DNA of 64,000 nucleotides from Eledone cirrhosa (GCA_964016885.1 OZ024751.1:12524001-12588000), one strand, 5' to 3'. Positions 17,201 through 34,778 are shown, counted from the first letter of the stretch. Notes: generated from the sequence alone by a model not told the origin. Made by a program: numbers and translations.

Positions 17201-17699
17201 ATTAATTATTATATGTAGAACGATTTAAAATAAATGTTTTCTTTGTCTCCTAATATATACAATGACGTTTCCTAATATAAAAATCATATAAAATTCATAT
17301 AAAAATCATATAAAATTCATATAAAAATCATATAAAATTCATATAAAAATCATAAACAATCTGTCTCTATATTATTTAACCTAATTTATTTCATAGAATA
17401 ACGCCTAAATAAACATTGGGTTAATTTATATCGATAAATCAACATACTGGGGAAGAAAATTTTAAGTTTATTGCAAATATAATTTTGTCTACTGGAAATT
17501 AAATCTGAATAATTTAAATATTTAAAATCTACACACATATATGCCTGCACGCTAACGCACACACATACACATTCTCACATGTACACATTTGTACTATCTT
17601 TCAGACACACACACGCACATATATATATATATACCTTTAATACATTCATATACATGTATAAATAAATGTATATATGAATATATATATACCATTAATACA

Positions 17700-18695
<996 letters not shown>

Positions 18696-19398
18696 TCTAT
18701 ATATTCTCGATTTCCTACGTAATTTTTTCATGAGTTTGTTTTTACCATTTTAGATCATCTATTTATTTCAAGATTTTATCAGTTAGACTAATTTAATTTT
18801 GGTAATCGCTAAATTGAGATATATCTTGAATCTCAAATATTAAAATCTGTTCAAGTTCGTAACACACACACACTCATACGCACTCATACACAGAAACACA
18901 CACACATACACGTACACACACGCTCATACGCACACACACATACAGGTACACACACAATAATACTGTTATATGCAATAAAACACGTATAAGATAATCTCGA
19001 TATGTTTTTTTAATATAAATTAATTACTTATGGATATTATTTGGTTTCTTTAATATTTTAGATACCAGTTATTCTTTTGGGGTCTCATGTGATTTCCCGT
19101 TAGCGAACTAGAAAACTTGTGGATATATACAGTATATATTCTGTAGCAGTAAACTACCTCTCGTTTGCGCTCTATTATCTAAGATCTCAAGCATAATCCT
19201 TTCAATGAAGAGCTATATCTGATCCCCTAGGCCTAGAGCACATCACCCCCCCCCCCCCCCTCATTATTCTGCTACCATAGAGCCCTTGTCCTTCCCTTTG
19301 TATCTATAATGTGTTGTTATTTGAAATAGATTTTTTTAATGATTGTTTTGTATTTCTATTAATAAAACCTACTAATGTCATCCTCTAGTTGTCTAAGA

Positions 19399-19628
19399 CA
19401 GGTATGTCAAACTGAGGGTCCCTCGAGGGCCACATGGGTGACATGCGTTGTCTGGGGGCCACATGGGTCACATATGGGTCACATATGTGTTGTCTGAGGG
19501 CCACACATGACAACTAATTGCGCACATTACATCTAATATTTTTCTTATTTTATATTACGATGGCGCTGTTAAAATCTTTGTGCGAGTCGCAGGTGTGCTT
19601 GTAAAGGGCGGCATGTTTGACATGCCTG
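19399..19628. mobile_element. hAT-type MITE with 8-bp TSD
   Basis: TIRs CAGGTATGTCAAAC / GTTTGACATGCCTG; flanks GTCTAAGA and GTTTAAGA (7/8 match). Confidence 0.85.
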
Positions 19629-19746
19629 GTTTAAGACATAACATCTATCGCTGTCTTATCAAATATGTGTATGCGTTGATATTCTCTTTCTTTCACTCAT
19701 AGCTTCCGTCTCTCTCGCCCTCGCCATCTCTCAAAGGAAAAATAAT

Positions 19747-19935
19747 GGGCGGCGAATTAGCAGAATCATTTGCGAGTCGGTCAACTTACTTTGCCATATT
19801 TCCCGCCGAGATTTTATTTGCCTTTCATCCTTCTGAGTTCGATAAAATAAAGTACCAATCAAGTACTGTGGTTGGTTTGTTCGGATTTACACTCTTCCCA
19901 CATTTGCTGGCCTTGTTCTTAAATTAGAAACATTT
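19747..19935 (+). mobile_element. Copy of the second SINE family
   Basis: ggcggcgaattagcagaatc head and gcctttcatccttctgagttcgataaaataaagtacc core. Confidence 0.75.
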
Positions 19936-20672
19936 ATTAAACGAAATGAACGGATGAATGGATAGAGAACAATAAGAGAAAAAAGATGAAAGGGGAAGGG
20001 TAAAAAAGAACGTCATTCGATTTCTTCCCTTAATAAACAAGAGAAATCACCAATATTTATGGGTGTATTTTATTCAAACTGTTTAGATCAGGGGTCGGCA
20101 ACCTACGTAAAAAGATATTCAAACACACACATGCACACAAACACACAAATAAACATACATATCTTTATTTATTTATTTCAATAGAAAAGCTGAATTCTGA
20201 CACCCCAGCGAACTAACCATATTCACTGAACCAGAACAATTCCCCATCCCATTTCTATGGACCATTATCTTTTGCTTGTCATAAAATTCTCTAAAAAGGC
20301 TACAGAATAGATTTCCAAATAAGGGCGCGAAAATTTAATGAAAACTTGTTCACGTGACAGCCATAATTTCATTTATAACCAATCAAATTACGTTTATTAA
20401 AATAATCCTTCGTGAGCCTCTTTTTTTTAAGTAAAAAGAAATTCAAACACTCATATATGAAAAAACAAACTGAGCCCTCCTTGTTTGAAGAACTTTATAA
20501 CGCGAACTGGCGCGAAATTTATTATAATTATTGACCAACCAATCAAATTACTTCTCTAAAAACCTGGCGTTTCGAGCCACTTTTTCCCATATAAAACAAG
20601 TAACATTCAGAGACCAACCAGATGTGACAAAAACCACAGACCCTCCTTCTCAACTCTACTTTTGAAAATCAG

Positions 20673-23480
<2,808 letters not shown>

Positions 23481-23914
23481 TGTAGGCATATGGATATATA
23501 TGTATATGTCATTAAGGGTACACATGCTTGTATGTATGGGTGAAAAAATCAAAGACATCAGTTGTTTTATCCAATGAAAATGCAGTAACATCTAATCTGT
23601 TGCTAATTTAGATTGAGCATTGATAAGATGGAAACTAAAAGACTAGAACTCTAACGGAAAACAATGGTTTCATCATGAAAAGAAGAAATATATAAAACGA
23701 CAAGACGAACAAACTGTTGATCCGCCATATTGGCATGGCTAATGTTGTCAGACATTTTTTATACATTTCATAATGATCAGTCATAAAATGGCGTCAAACA
23801 GGGAATGTATATGCATACACGTATAGATAGATAAGCATATATATCCCCCAAAAATGTATACACACTTCAACAGCATTCTACTAAAAGTTTGTATACATCT
23901 TTTGGGACAGCCTG

Positions 23915-23981
<67 letters not shown>

Positions 23982-24101
23982 GTGTGTGTGTGTGTGTGTG
24001 TTTATGTGTGTGTATGTGTATATATATATATTTATATGCATAGATATATATATATGTGTGTGTATGTATATATATATAATTTTGTATGTATATATATATA
24101 A

Positions 24102-24142
<41 letters not shown>

Positions 24143-24199
24143 GCATATATATATATATATATATGTACATGGATATATATATATATATATATATGTACA

Positions 24200-24250
<51 letters not shown>

Positions 24251-24923
24251 TTGTGTGTGTGTGTATGTGTATAAATGTACATCTATATAATATGAATGTG
24301 TGTTGTGTGTGCATTTGTGTGAGCGTGTATTTGTTGTGTCTATATATGTGTGTTGTGTGAGTGTATATGTGTGATTTGTGTATATATATTTATTGTGCCA
24401 GTGTTGTGTGTGTGTATAAATTCGAGTGTTTGTGTTCATTTGTTAATAAGCATCACAACTTGTCGACAGTGAGAGAAATACAAACAAATTGATGAAGGAA
24501 AGAAATATTATTAGTAACATCTATGATGATAGGAAACCATAAAATATATATCTAATCCCCAGGGCAATCATCATCATGATCATCTTCATTGGCATCTTTA
24601 ACATCAATCCACCAAAGCTGGTAGATTGTCAGTATCGCCAAAGCGTCGTACACTATATTTAACAGCATAGAGTTATGACCTTTTACGTTCTGAGTTCAAA
24701 TCCGCCGAGGTTAGCTGTGCATATGTCATTACCCCTTTAACATTTACATTACTGTAAATTTACTATTGTATTTTCAAGGTAAAGGCTTTATCTTGTATAA
24801 TATCGAATCTATGAGATTTTGATGTTATTTATTTTGAGAACAATACCTTATAATAAGCAAGAGTGGCCAGTTACAGCTGATTTGAACAGAAAGGGGTGAG
24901 AGAATTCTGGTTGGATACGACAG

Positions 24924-25198
24924 TATCCCAAAAGTCAGCTCAAAAGTTATACAGAGGAGACTGAGGTTAGCTGGACATGCTCACCGACATCCAGAATTGA
25001 CATTGCACTCAGTACTCCTTTGGGAGCCCCTACGTGGACACACTAGAAGAGGAAGACCAAGGTTAACGTATGTTGATGCCCTAAGGACAGACACTGGTCT
25101 GTTGGAGATGCAGGACATGGCAGCGATAATGAGGGACAGAGACCGCTGGAGAGAACTCGTCCATGGATCTCGGGAATTTTACCCGCCTTAGATAGATA
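24924..25198 (+). mobile_element. 5'-truncated 3' fragment of the same RTE family
   Basis: Encodes ...RLAGHAHRHPELTLHSVLLWEP...GSREFYPP*, near identical to 57382-57650; TAGA tail. Confidence 0.9.
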
Positions 25199-25203
25199 TA
25201 TAT

Positions 25204-25397
25204 AACGAAGGAGTTGTGGTAAGGAACCAGATGGACCATAACGCACCAGAGTACTCAATACTTAGGGTAGTTGAGTGGGTAATAGGAGAAAGTATGACCC
25301 CGACGGCAGAGCTCAAGCCGTTTCGACGGCTATTTCCGGACTAAAATAGCCGTCGAAACGGCTTGAGCTCTGCCGTCGGGGTCATACTTTCTCCTAT
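25204..25397 (-). mobile_element. Fold-back element family A (half-hammerhead palindrome + tail); copies 26283-26492 (+), 33864-34059 (-), 37922-38063 (+), tail only 54446-54533 (+)
   Basis: Palindrome 25282-25397 containing TAGCCGTC GAAAC GGC..GCC GTC GGGGTC; shared tail ctaagtattgagtactctgg..cgttatggtccatctggttccttaccac..ccttcgtta. Confidence 0.8.
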
Positions 25398-25644
25398 ATA
25401 TATATATATATATATATACTATTCAGAATATTAATAAATGAAGACATTCACATAATCAAAATATATGTTTTATTATATGTATTTTGAAGGTACTGTGCTG
25501 TTTTTTCAGTACGTCCTCGTCAGATAAAATATATGAATCGATGTATGACATACCTCAACGGTCTTGATGGTTCAATTCCAGTATTGGCAGTCAATACTGG
25601 AATTGAACCATCAAGACCGTTGAGGTATGTCATACATCGATTCA

Positions 25645-25715
25645 TATATTTTATCTGACGAGGACGTACTGAAAAAACAGCACAGTACCTTCGAAATACA
25701 TATAATAAAACATAT
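25645..25715 (+). ncRNA. Minimal hammerhead ribozyme in 340-bp palindrome 25419-25758
   Basis: UUUUAU CUGACGA GGACGUACUG..CAGUACCUUC GAAAU ACAU AUA AUAAAA; the mirror copy has GAAA changed to AAAA. Confidence 0.75.
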
Positions 25716-25853
25716 ATTTTGATTATGTGAATGTCTTCATTTATTAATTTTCTGAATAATATTAATAACTCCAGAAAACCTTCTTGTAGAGTGCTTTTAA
25801 TCTATTGTAAAACTATATTTATTGAGTAATCAATGAACCATATTAATCTTTGG

Positions 25854-25920
<67 letters not shown>

Positions 25921-26227
25921 CAACAAAACTATGTACAAATGAACAGGAATTCCCCGAGATTCGAACTACTCAGCATACAACTAGCAGTCGCGATCATTCA
26001 AATTACCGTTTACTCACACGTATTGGCCTCCGTTAAGCCTCAGCAGCTGCTGAAAGATGCGGTGTTCGAATCTTCTCATGCGCCTCTCAGTCTACTTTTA
26101 TCTGTGTCCAAAAATATTTTACACGATTTTCTGAACTAATTTCCCCATAGTGATCGACTATTGTTATTGTTATTTACGCTAGGTCGACTACATTTCAAAC
26201 GATTTTTAACAGAATGTTCATATATAC

Positions 26228-26287
<60 letters not shown>

Positions 26288-26490
26288 AACGAGTAGGACC
26301 CCGACGGCTGAGCTCAAGCCGTTTCGACGGCTAATTCTGGACTAAATTTAGTCCAGAATTAGCCGTCGAAACGACTTGAGCTCACCCGTCGGGGTCCTAC
26401 TCGTTCCTATTACCCACTCTACTACCCACCCTAAGTATTGAGTACTTTCGCGCGTTATGGTCCACTTGGTTGCTTACCACATTTCCTTCG

Positions 26491-26538
<48 letters not shown>

Positions 26539-26599
26539 CAGTGAGTGTGTTTTATTATTATTTTTGGCAATATTATAACAATATGTCCCTTCCCAAATA

Positions 26600-26635
<36 letters not shown>

Positions 26636-27012
26636 TATAAAATTGTTTCTTCCTTTAGTACAAGGCCAGCAATTAGCCAGTGCATTACTGGTACTTCATT
26701 TTTATCGACCCCGTACGGATGAAAGGCAAAGTTAGCCTCGTCTTTCATCCTTACGGGGTCGATAAAATAATATATAGTTATATTTGGGGAGGGACATATT
26801 GTTATAATATTGCCAGAAATAATAATAATAATATATATATATATAATAATGATTTCTTTATTATTTATTTATTTAATAAAGAAATCATTATTATATATAT
26901 ATATATTATTATTATTATTTCTGGCAATATTATAACAATATCTCCCTCCCCAATTATAACTATATATTATAATTGGGGAGGGAGATATTGTTATAATATT
27001 GACAGAAATAAT

Positions 27013-27050
<38 letters not shown>

Positions 27051-27527
27051 ATACAAGGACGGATGGTTACTTCTTCATTACATTTATTGGTTGGTGACGC
27101 GCGTTTCGCTACTGATCAGCTCAGAGTTCGATCTGTATCGATGAGGCCTGACTCTGGAATCAAAATCTCGTCGGACCTCTGTGGTAGTAATATCATTACT
27201 GATCAGTAGCGAAACACGCGTCACCAAACAATAAACGTAATGAAGGAGTAGCCATTCGCCCTTGTATTATATTACACTCTGTCTCGCTCTACACCTCGAT
27301 GCTGACGTGAATCTAAATATCGAGTGCTCACCTGCCTGAACCTCCAGTAACTTCGCGTTATATAATAATACAAGGGCGAATGGTTACTCCTTCATTACGT
27401 TTTTTGATTCGAGATTTTGATTCGAGAGTCAGGCCAGATCGATACAGATCGAACTCTGAACTGATCAGTAGCGAAACGCGCGTCACCAACCAATAAATGT
27501 AATGAAGAAGTAACCATCCGTCCTTGT

Positions 27528-27710
27528 TGGATTGGCAGTATCGATAGAGGGTCGGACGCCATGCTTTCCAGCATAGTTACGTCCCTTTATGATCTGAGTT
27601 CAAATCCCGCCGAGGTTGACTTTGCCTTTCATCCTTACTGGGTCGATAAAATAAGGTACCAGTAATGTACTAGGTAATTGCTGGCCTTGCGCCTAAAGTA
27701 GAAACAATTA
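27528..27710 (+). mobile_element. Copy of the second SINE family (further rearranged copies at 26640-26768 and 27782-27910)
   Basis: tggattggcagtatcg...ctgagttcaaatcccgccgaggttgactttgcctttcatcc. Confidence 0.85.
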
Positions 27711-27997
27711 TTATATATATATTATTATTACTTCTGGCAATATTATAACAATATGTCCCTCCCCAAATATAACTATATATTATTTTATCGACCCCGTAAG
27801 GATGAAAGACGAGGTTAACTTTGCCTTTCATCCTTACGGGGTCGATAAAATAAAGTACCAGTAATGCACTGGGTAATTGCTGGCCTTGTGCCAAAAGTAG
27901 AAACAATTATTATTCACTCTGTCTAGTTCTACACCTCAATGCTGACGTGAACCTAAGCATCGAGTTCTCACCTGCCCGAACTTCCAGTAACTTCGCG

Positions 27998-28040
<43 letters not shown>

Positions 28041-28043
<3 letters not shown>

Positions 28044-28217
28044 AAGGCTGGTAAAATTCCCGAGATCCATGGACGAGTTCTCTCCAGCGGTCTCTGTCCC
28101 TCATTATCGCTGCCATATCCTGCATCTCCAACAGACCAGTGTCTGTCCTTAGGGCATCAACATATGTTAACCTTGGTCTACCTCTTCTAGTGTGTCCATG
28201 TAGGGGCTCCCAAAGGA
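28041..28217 (-). mobile_element. Short 3' fragment of the same RTE family
   Basis: Direct sequence match to 57381-57557. Confidence 0.9.
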
Positions 28218-28336
28218 TATATATAAGTGTGTGTTAAATAGATAGATCTATATACATCGTATAGATCTAGATAGATCTATATACATCGTACATATGAATG
28301 TAGATAGGTATGTACAGTACATATATATGACATATG

Positions 28337-28374
<38 letters not shown>

Positions 28375-28377
<3 letters not shown>

Positions 28378-28475
28378 GGTGTCCCCCCAAAAATATATAC
28401 ATACGTCAACAGCATTCTAATAAATATTGCCTCTACGGGTAATCAAAGTGAGTATACATTTTTGGGGACACCATG
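28375..28475. mobile_element. Tc1/mariner-type ~100 bp MITE (related copies ~23835-23914, ~37733-37816)
   Basis: TA|CAGGGTGTCCCC..AAAA....TTTTTGGGGACACCATG|TA terminal inverted repeats; shared interior caacagcatt. Confidence 0.8.
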
Positions 28476-28583
28476 TATATATGTGTGTGTGTGTTTGTGC
28501 GTGTGTCCTGGGTTCAATCGGGGGTAACCACAGTAAGTAAGGTACTCAATACATAGCAGAGTATAAATATTTAATATAGAAAT

Positions 28584-28682
28584 GGCTTCTACAGAACTAG
28601 AACTGTTTCACTCGAAGGAAATCATCAGGAAAGCTCTGATGATTTCCTTCGAATGAAACAGTTCTAGTCTTGTAGAAGCCAT
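28584..28682. ncRNA. Back-to-back hammerhead pair in palindrome ~28567-28696
   Basis: TCATCAG at 28622-28628 and CTGATGA at 28636-28642, each followed by stem II, GAAACAG..(C/U)UGUA GAAGCC. Confidence 0.75.
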
Positions 28683-29189
28683 ATCAATATTAAATATATC
28701 CCTTATATATATATATATGTGTGTGTGTATATATATATATATATATACACAGATATATATATATACACACAGGCATGCATACATATTTAGAAATATATGC
28801 ATACTTACACACCTATATATACATACATGCATTCACTTACACGTGCTTGAATGCGTCCTGCTCCAGATTATATGGCGGTGGGGGAGGGGGGGATAAAGGA
28901 TGAGCGGCAACGGTAAGGAGGGCCCATGTCACGTATACAGTCCCAGGCTTAACTAATGAATCCAGCTGTTTCAGCAGTCGGACAAGATAAAAGCATAGCT
29001 GCTAGACAAATGCGGCAAACATAACTAAACTATAATTCCTTAGCAAATTAAGTAAAACCTAAAACAAAAAAAGCCTTTAACAGAAGCGAATAAATGACCT
29101 CACGACTATCAGCTCGTTGTCTGTGTACACGGTTGTCAGGGGACTTTTTTATTTGGCGGTCATTTCATTTGTTTTGTTGATTTGATTGT

Positions 29190-29985
29190 TTGTTTGTTTG
29201 TTTTAGTTGCTGTTGTTGTGTTGACAGTGGTAGTGATGGTGATGGTTATTAATGTGGTAGAGGTGGTGATGGTTGTTATTGTGGTGGTGGTTGCTGTTGT
29301 GGTGATAGTGGTAATCGTGATGGTAATGGTTGTTATTGTGGTGGTGGTGGTGGTGGTGGTAATGGTTGCTGTTGTGTTGATAGTGGTGATGGTGGTGGTG
29401 ATGGTAATGGTTGTTATTGTGGTGGTGGTGATGGTTGCTGTTGTGGTGATAGTGGTGATGGTGGTGGTGATGGTAATGGTTGTTATTGTGGTGGTGGTGG
29501 TGGTGGTGATGGTTGTTATTGTGGTGGTGATGGTAATGGTTGTTATTGTGGTGGTGATGGTAATGGTTGTTATTGTGGTGGTGGTGGTGATGGTTGTTAT
29601 TGTGGTGGTGGTGGTGGTGGTGGTGATGGTTGCTGTTATGGTGATAGTGGTGGTGGTGGTTGTTGTTGTGTGATGATAGAGATGGTGATGTTGGTAATGG
29701 TGAGGGTGATGGATGTTAATATTGTGGCTGTTGTTGTTGCTGTAGTCGTTGGTGTTTTTTTTTTGGGGGGGGGGGGGGGGTAGTGATGATATTGTAGGTG
29801 GTGACACCATTTGTAGTCGTTGTCGTTGCGCTTGTTGTGGTGATGGTAGTTTTTTGTGGAAATCGTGGTGGTGATGATGGTGATGGTAGTGTTTTGGTGG
29901 TAGTGCCAGTATTTGTAGTCATTGTTATTGTTGTTACTGTTCATGTTGTTGTTGTTGTTCTAGTTGTTCTTGTTGTCATCGTTTT
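29190..29985. repeat. (GGT/GTT/GAT)n trinucleotide repeat
   Basis: Direct inspection. Confidence 0.95.
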
Positions 29986-30495
29986 TGCTGTTCACATCGT
30001 CTAACTTCGTATCGTCCATTATCCGTAAAACAAAATACTCTCTTTCGTGTCTCAGAAGTGGAAGATTCCACCTTGTCTGTTCCACCCGCCTTGTCTTGTG
30101 ATGCACTTAATAGGAGGGGGGGGGGAGTATTTTCTTTTACTTTTTCCATTGCCCACAATGCGTTGCTCAGCTGCTCTTCATCGCCAATGCAACAAACCCA
30201 CAAACCAATATATTTTCCAGTACGGATGATATCATGACACCAGTAACATACTGTTGTATATCGTGTCACCTCGCAACAGATTTAAAGAAACAGATTGCCA
30301 TATTCTGGGGTAAAATACATGATATTCATTATATATGAAATGTATATAAACACAGGTGTGTATAATAGTATATATGTTCTTAAATTATAAATAACAAAGC
30401 TGATAAATAAACTTTCCATATATGTTTATCTATATATCTATCTACATAACTGTCTATCTATATACATCGCTATTTATATATGTCTGTCTGTTACC

Positions 30496-30569
<74 letters not shown>

Positions 30570-30714
30570 GTATATGTACCTATATATATGTGTATTTACC
30601 TATATATATATATATGTATATTTACCTATATATATGTATATTTACCTATATATATGTATATATATATATATATATGTGTGTATATTTACCTATATATATG
30701 TATATGTATATTTA

Positions 30715-30747
<33 letters not shown>

Positions 30748-30795
30748 TGACGATTTTTTGAGAAAAAGAACATCATCAATGCTCAAATGGCAATA

Positions 30796-30852
<57 letters not shown>

Positions 30853-31054
30853 ATATATATATATAGGATATATATATATATATATATAGGATATATATAT
30901 ATATATATATATTTAAATGTTAAACAAGGTTCAATGAATAAATCAATGAATAAAGTTTTACAATAGATTAGAAGCACTCCACAGTAATGATTTTCCGGAG
31001 TTATTAATATTAATTCAAAATATTAACAAATATAGACATTCGTGTGATCAAGTA

Positions 31055-31285
31055 TATTTTATTATACATATTTCAGAGGTACTGAGCTATCTTCAACAGT
31101 ACGTCCTCATCAGATAAAATAAGATGATGCATGACATACCTTGACTAAGTAGATGGTTAAAATTCTGCCATGACTGAATTTTAACTATCTACTTAGTCAA
31201 GGTATGTCATGCATCATCTTATTTTATCTGATGAAGACGTACTATTGAAGATAGCTCAGTGCCTCTGAAATATGTATAATAAAAT
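31055..31285. ncRNA. Two divergent hammerheads in 316-bp palindrome 31013-31328
   Basis: CTGATGA 31228-31234 and GAAA 31267-31270 on plus; TCATCAG 31107-31113 and TTTC 31071-31074 give the minus copy. Confidence 0.78.
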
Positions 31286-31325
31286 ATACTTTATCACACG
31301 AATATCTATATTTGTTAATATTTTG

Positions 31326-31439
<114 letters not shown>

Positions 31440-31681
31440 GGAAGTCAGATTTGTAGCTTATTAAATTTCATAGCATATTACAAGTCTTTCGATACCGATC
31501 ACCTCAGGTTTGATCAGGCTATCGGATCTTGATTCTTAATCGACACTTCCTCAGATCTGTGAGTTTACATGGGTGGTTCCATCAAGCACATACACACACA
31601 CGCGCGCACACGCACACACATATATATGTATCATAAAGAGTCGGGACCCGACGGCTGGGCTCTTGACGTTTGAACAGCTAA

Positions 31682-31752
<71 letters not shown>

Positions 31753-31894
31753 TGGTTACCACGACGTAACCGCTACCATGTTAGTCGATATATAGTTCTC
31801 CCACGATCAATCAACCCTCTGAAACGAAGGTAAAACTATGAACTACCTAATTAACTACTTAGCTCTGACTTTTGTTTCATTGCTAAACACACAC

Positions 31895-31982
<88 letters not shown>

Positions 31983-31985
<3 letters not shown>

Positions 31986-32350
31986 GAAAATTTGAACAGG
32001 AACAAAACAGAGAGGCAGTACAACGAATCTTTATTAATTTCACGCTCTTGAGAGTGAGTGGTGGTGGGGAACGACGTTTCGGGCATAAGCCCTTCTTCAG
32101 GTGAAAAGTGTGTGGGAAGAGAGTTCAAAGGGTGTGTAGGGGAGTGGTGGAGAGACATATAGCGAAAAGGGGTGGGAGGAAACGGTGCGAATGAAATTAA
32201 AAATAAAAGCATGATCAAAATAAAATTAAAATGGGGTAAAACAGGTGGTGGAAGGGTGTGGGGCGTGTAGGGGTGGTGGCGGGTGGAGTGGGGAGAGGGA
32301 GACGGGTGTCCGAGCGGGGAGGGCTGAAGGTGGTGTGTGTGTGTAGGTGT

Positions 32351-32412
<62 letters not shown>

Positions 32413-32760
32413 TGTATGTGAAAGCAAGGGCTGATGTTGCATGTTCAGGAAGAGGTGTGTGTGTGGGTGGGGTGTAGGTCGGAGTGTGTGTGCGTAAATA
32501 TGTGGTGGAATGCACGTGTGTGTGTGGTGTTTAAGCGTGTTGTGGGTGTAGGTGGCGAGTGGGAAAAAAAATTTAGGGGGTGTGTGTGTGGGTGAGTCGT
32601 AAAGGTGATTCCGTAAGAAGATGTGGTGGAAAGGTTGGTAAAATCCTAGGTTGGTAGTTGATTCCGCGGTCAAGGTCCACATACGAGTAATCGGTGAAGA
32701 GATTGGTCGGAAGAGGGGGAGATGTGAGGTGCGCGCGAAACAGGAAGTGGTCAAGGCAGT
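31983..32760 (-). mobile_element. Penelope-like terminal region, homologue of 56560-57043
   Basis: Minus CTGAAGAAGGGCTTATGCCCGAAACGTC with matching up- and downstream blocks. Confidence 0.7.
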
Positions 32761-33097
32761 AGGCGTGCTGTGTGTTTGTGTGTGCTGGGAGGTGGTCAGA
32801 GGGCATAGCAGCAGTAGGGTGGAATGGTAAAGGGGCGAGGATGGGTAGGTGTGAAAGTTGGAGTGAGGAGGGGGGTGTATTAGTAGAGGTGTTAGTGGGA
32901 TGAGTGAGTGTTAGAGAAAGGGTGTGGGTGGAGCGGGGAGAGAAGGGTGTGGGTGTCGATGGAGGGAGTGTGGTGTACTGATGTGTGTGTAGTTTGATGA
33001 AGGGGCTGTTAGTGGGTGTTAGTATACGGGAGGTGGAGAAAGGGTTGAATGCGGGTGTGAGTGGGGGTTAGTGGTGGTAGGGTGTGTAGAGTTGGTG

Positions 33098-33130
<33 letters not shown>

Positions 33131-33546
33131 TACATACTTCCGTCAATTGAAACCAATATCGTCCGAAACTCCGAAACTCAGTCAACCATATTGGAATGTG
33201 AGCCTTTGTAAAAAAAAAAAAAAAACGTAATCGTTGTTACAAGATAGCGGATGAACGCACACTTCTCATTGGCCAGCACGAGTATCGCGCTGGTGTCATG
33301 TAGCTTCAGGTATTAGTCAGCAATAAAATTAAGAGAATATGGGAGGGACTTCGAATATAACTGGGAGATAACTCTCAAGGAATTAAGTATCAAAGGGAAA
33401 TGATATATGATACCGAGGTGAAACTTGAGTTAGTCTATATACGTATATGTGTGTGCGTTTGTGTTTCCGCGCGCCCCTTTGCGTGTGCGGTTGTGTCTAT
33501 GTGTGTGTATATAGATATATATATAACATACACACACACAGACAAT

Positions 33547-33614
<68 letters not shown>

Positions 33615-33805
33615 CTAAAACTGAATACTAACCAATACTTATTCCTAATTAAACTATTTTTCACTGGGAACAATTTGTCAGCATTTTCTTTTCCTTTTAC
33701 TAATATATAATTTTTGACTAAAGAAATTTTAGCCTAATAGTGGGGTTTAGAACCCTCAGAGAAATGGAAAAAGATGAGTATTGACGTACGTCAATACTCA
33801 TCTTT

Positions 33806-33866
<61 letters not shown>

Positions 33867-34054
33867 GAAGGAGGTGTGGTAAGGAACCAAATGGACCATA
33901 ACGCACCAGCGTACTCAATACTTAGGGTAGTAGAGTGGGTAATAGGAAAAGTTTAACCCCGACGGCAGAGCTCAAGCCGTCTCGACGGCTATTTCTGGAC
34001 TGAAGAAATAGCCGTCGAAACGGCTTGAGCTCTGCCGTCGGGGTTTAATTTTTT

Positions 34055-34098
<44 letters not shown>

Positions 34099-34168
34099 AA
34101 AAATATAGATGTTTACAACTGATTCAGAGCACTCGACAAGTCATGTCAAATATTTATAAAACATTTTG

Positions 34169-34230
34169 TATTTTACCTGATGATAGCGTACCAAAATTGT
34201 TGGTACCATTGAAATATATATATTAGAATA
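34169..34230 (+). ncRNA. Hammerhead motif, same family as 50149-50479
   Basis: CTGATGA 34177-34183, GTACCAA/TTGGTAC, GAAA 34211-34214. Confidence 0.65.
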
Positions 34231-34270
34231 AATATGGTTTTATAAATATAGTTTCCATTTATTTAATATC

Positions 34271-34333
<63 letters not shown>

Positions 34334-34715
34334 GCACACACACACGCACACACACAGGGATGTATAGATATATATATCGTTCTGTAAAAGTGTATTAATA
34401 TATAAAACGCACACACACACACACACACAAACATACATTCGTAGGTATATACACACATACACGCACAAACATATATATATGTATATATGTGTGTGTGTGT
34501 GTATGTGTGTGTCTGTGAGAGAGAGAGAATACAAATGTAAAAACGCATACACATATATAATATGCATACTGTATATACAAATGTACATAAATACATATGT
34601 GTGTGTTTGTGTACGTATGCATTTAAGTGGGGGTTCTGTATGTTATATATATATATATACTGTATATATATATATATATATATATATACTGTATATATAG
34701 CTGATCCGTGTTATT

Positions 34716-34778
<63 letters not shown>

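Noticed and set aside
23720-23796. Pair of YY1-like sites (CCGCCATATT, AAAATGGCG)
   Set aside because: Short motifs without other support; plausible by chance.
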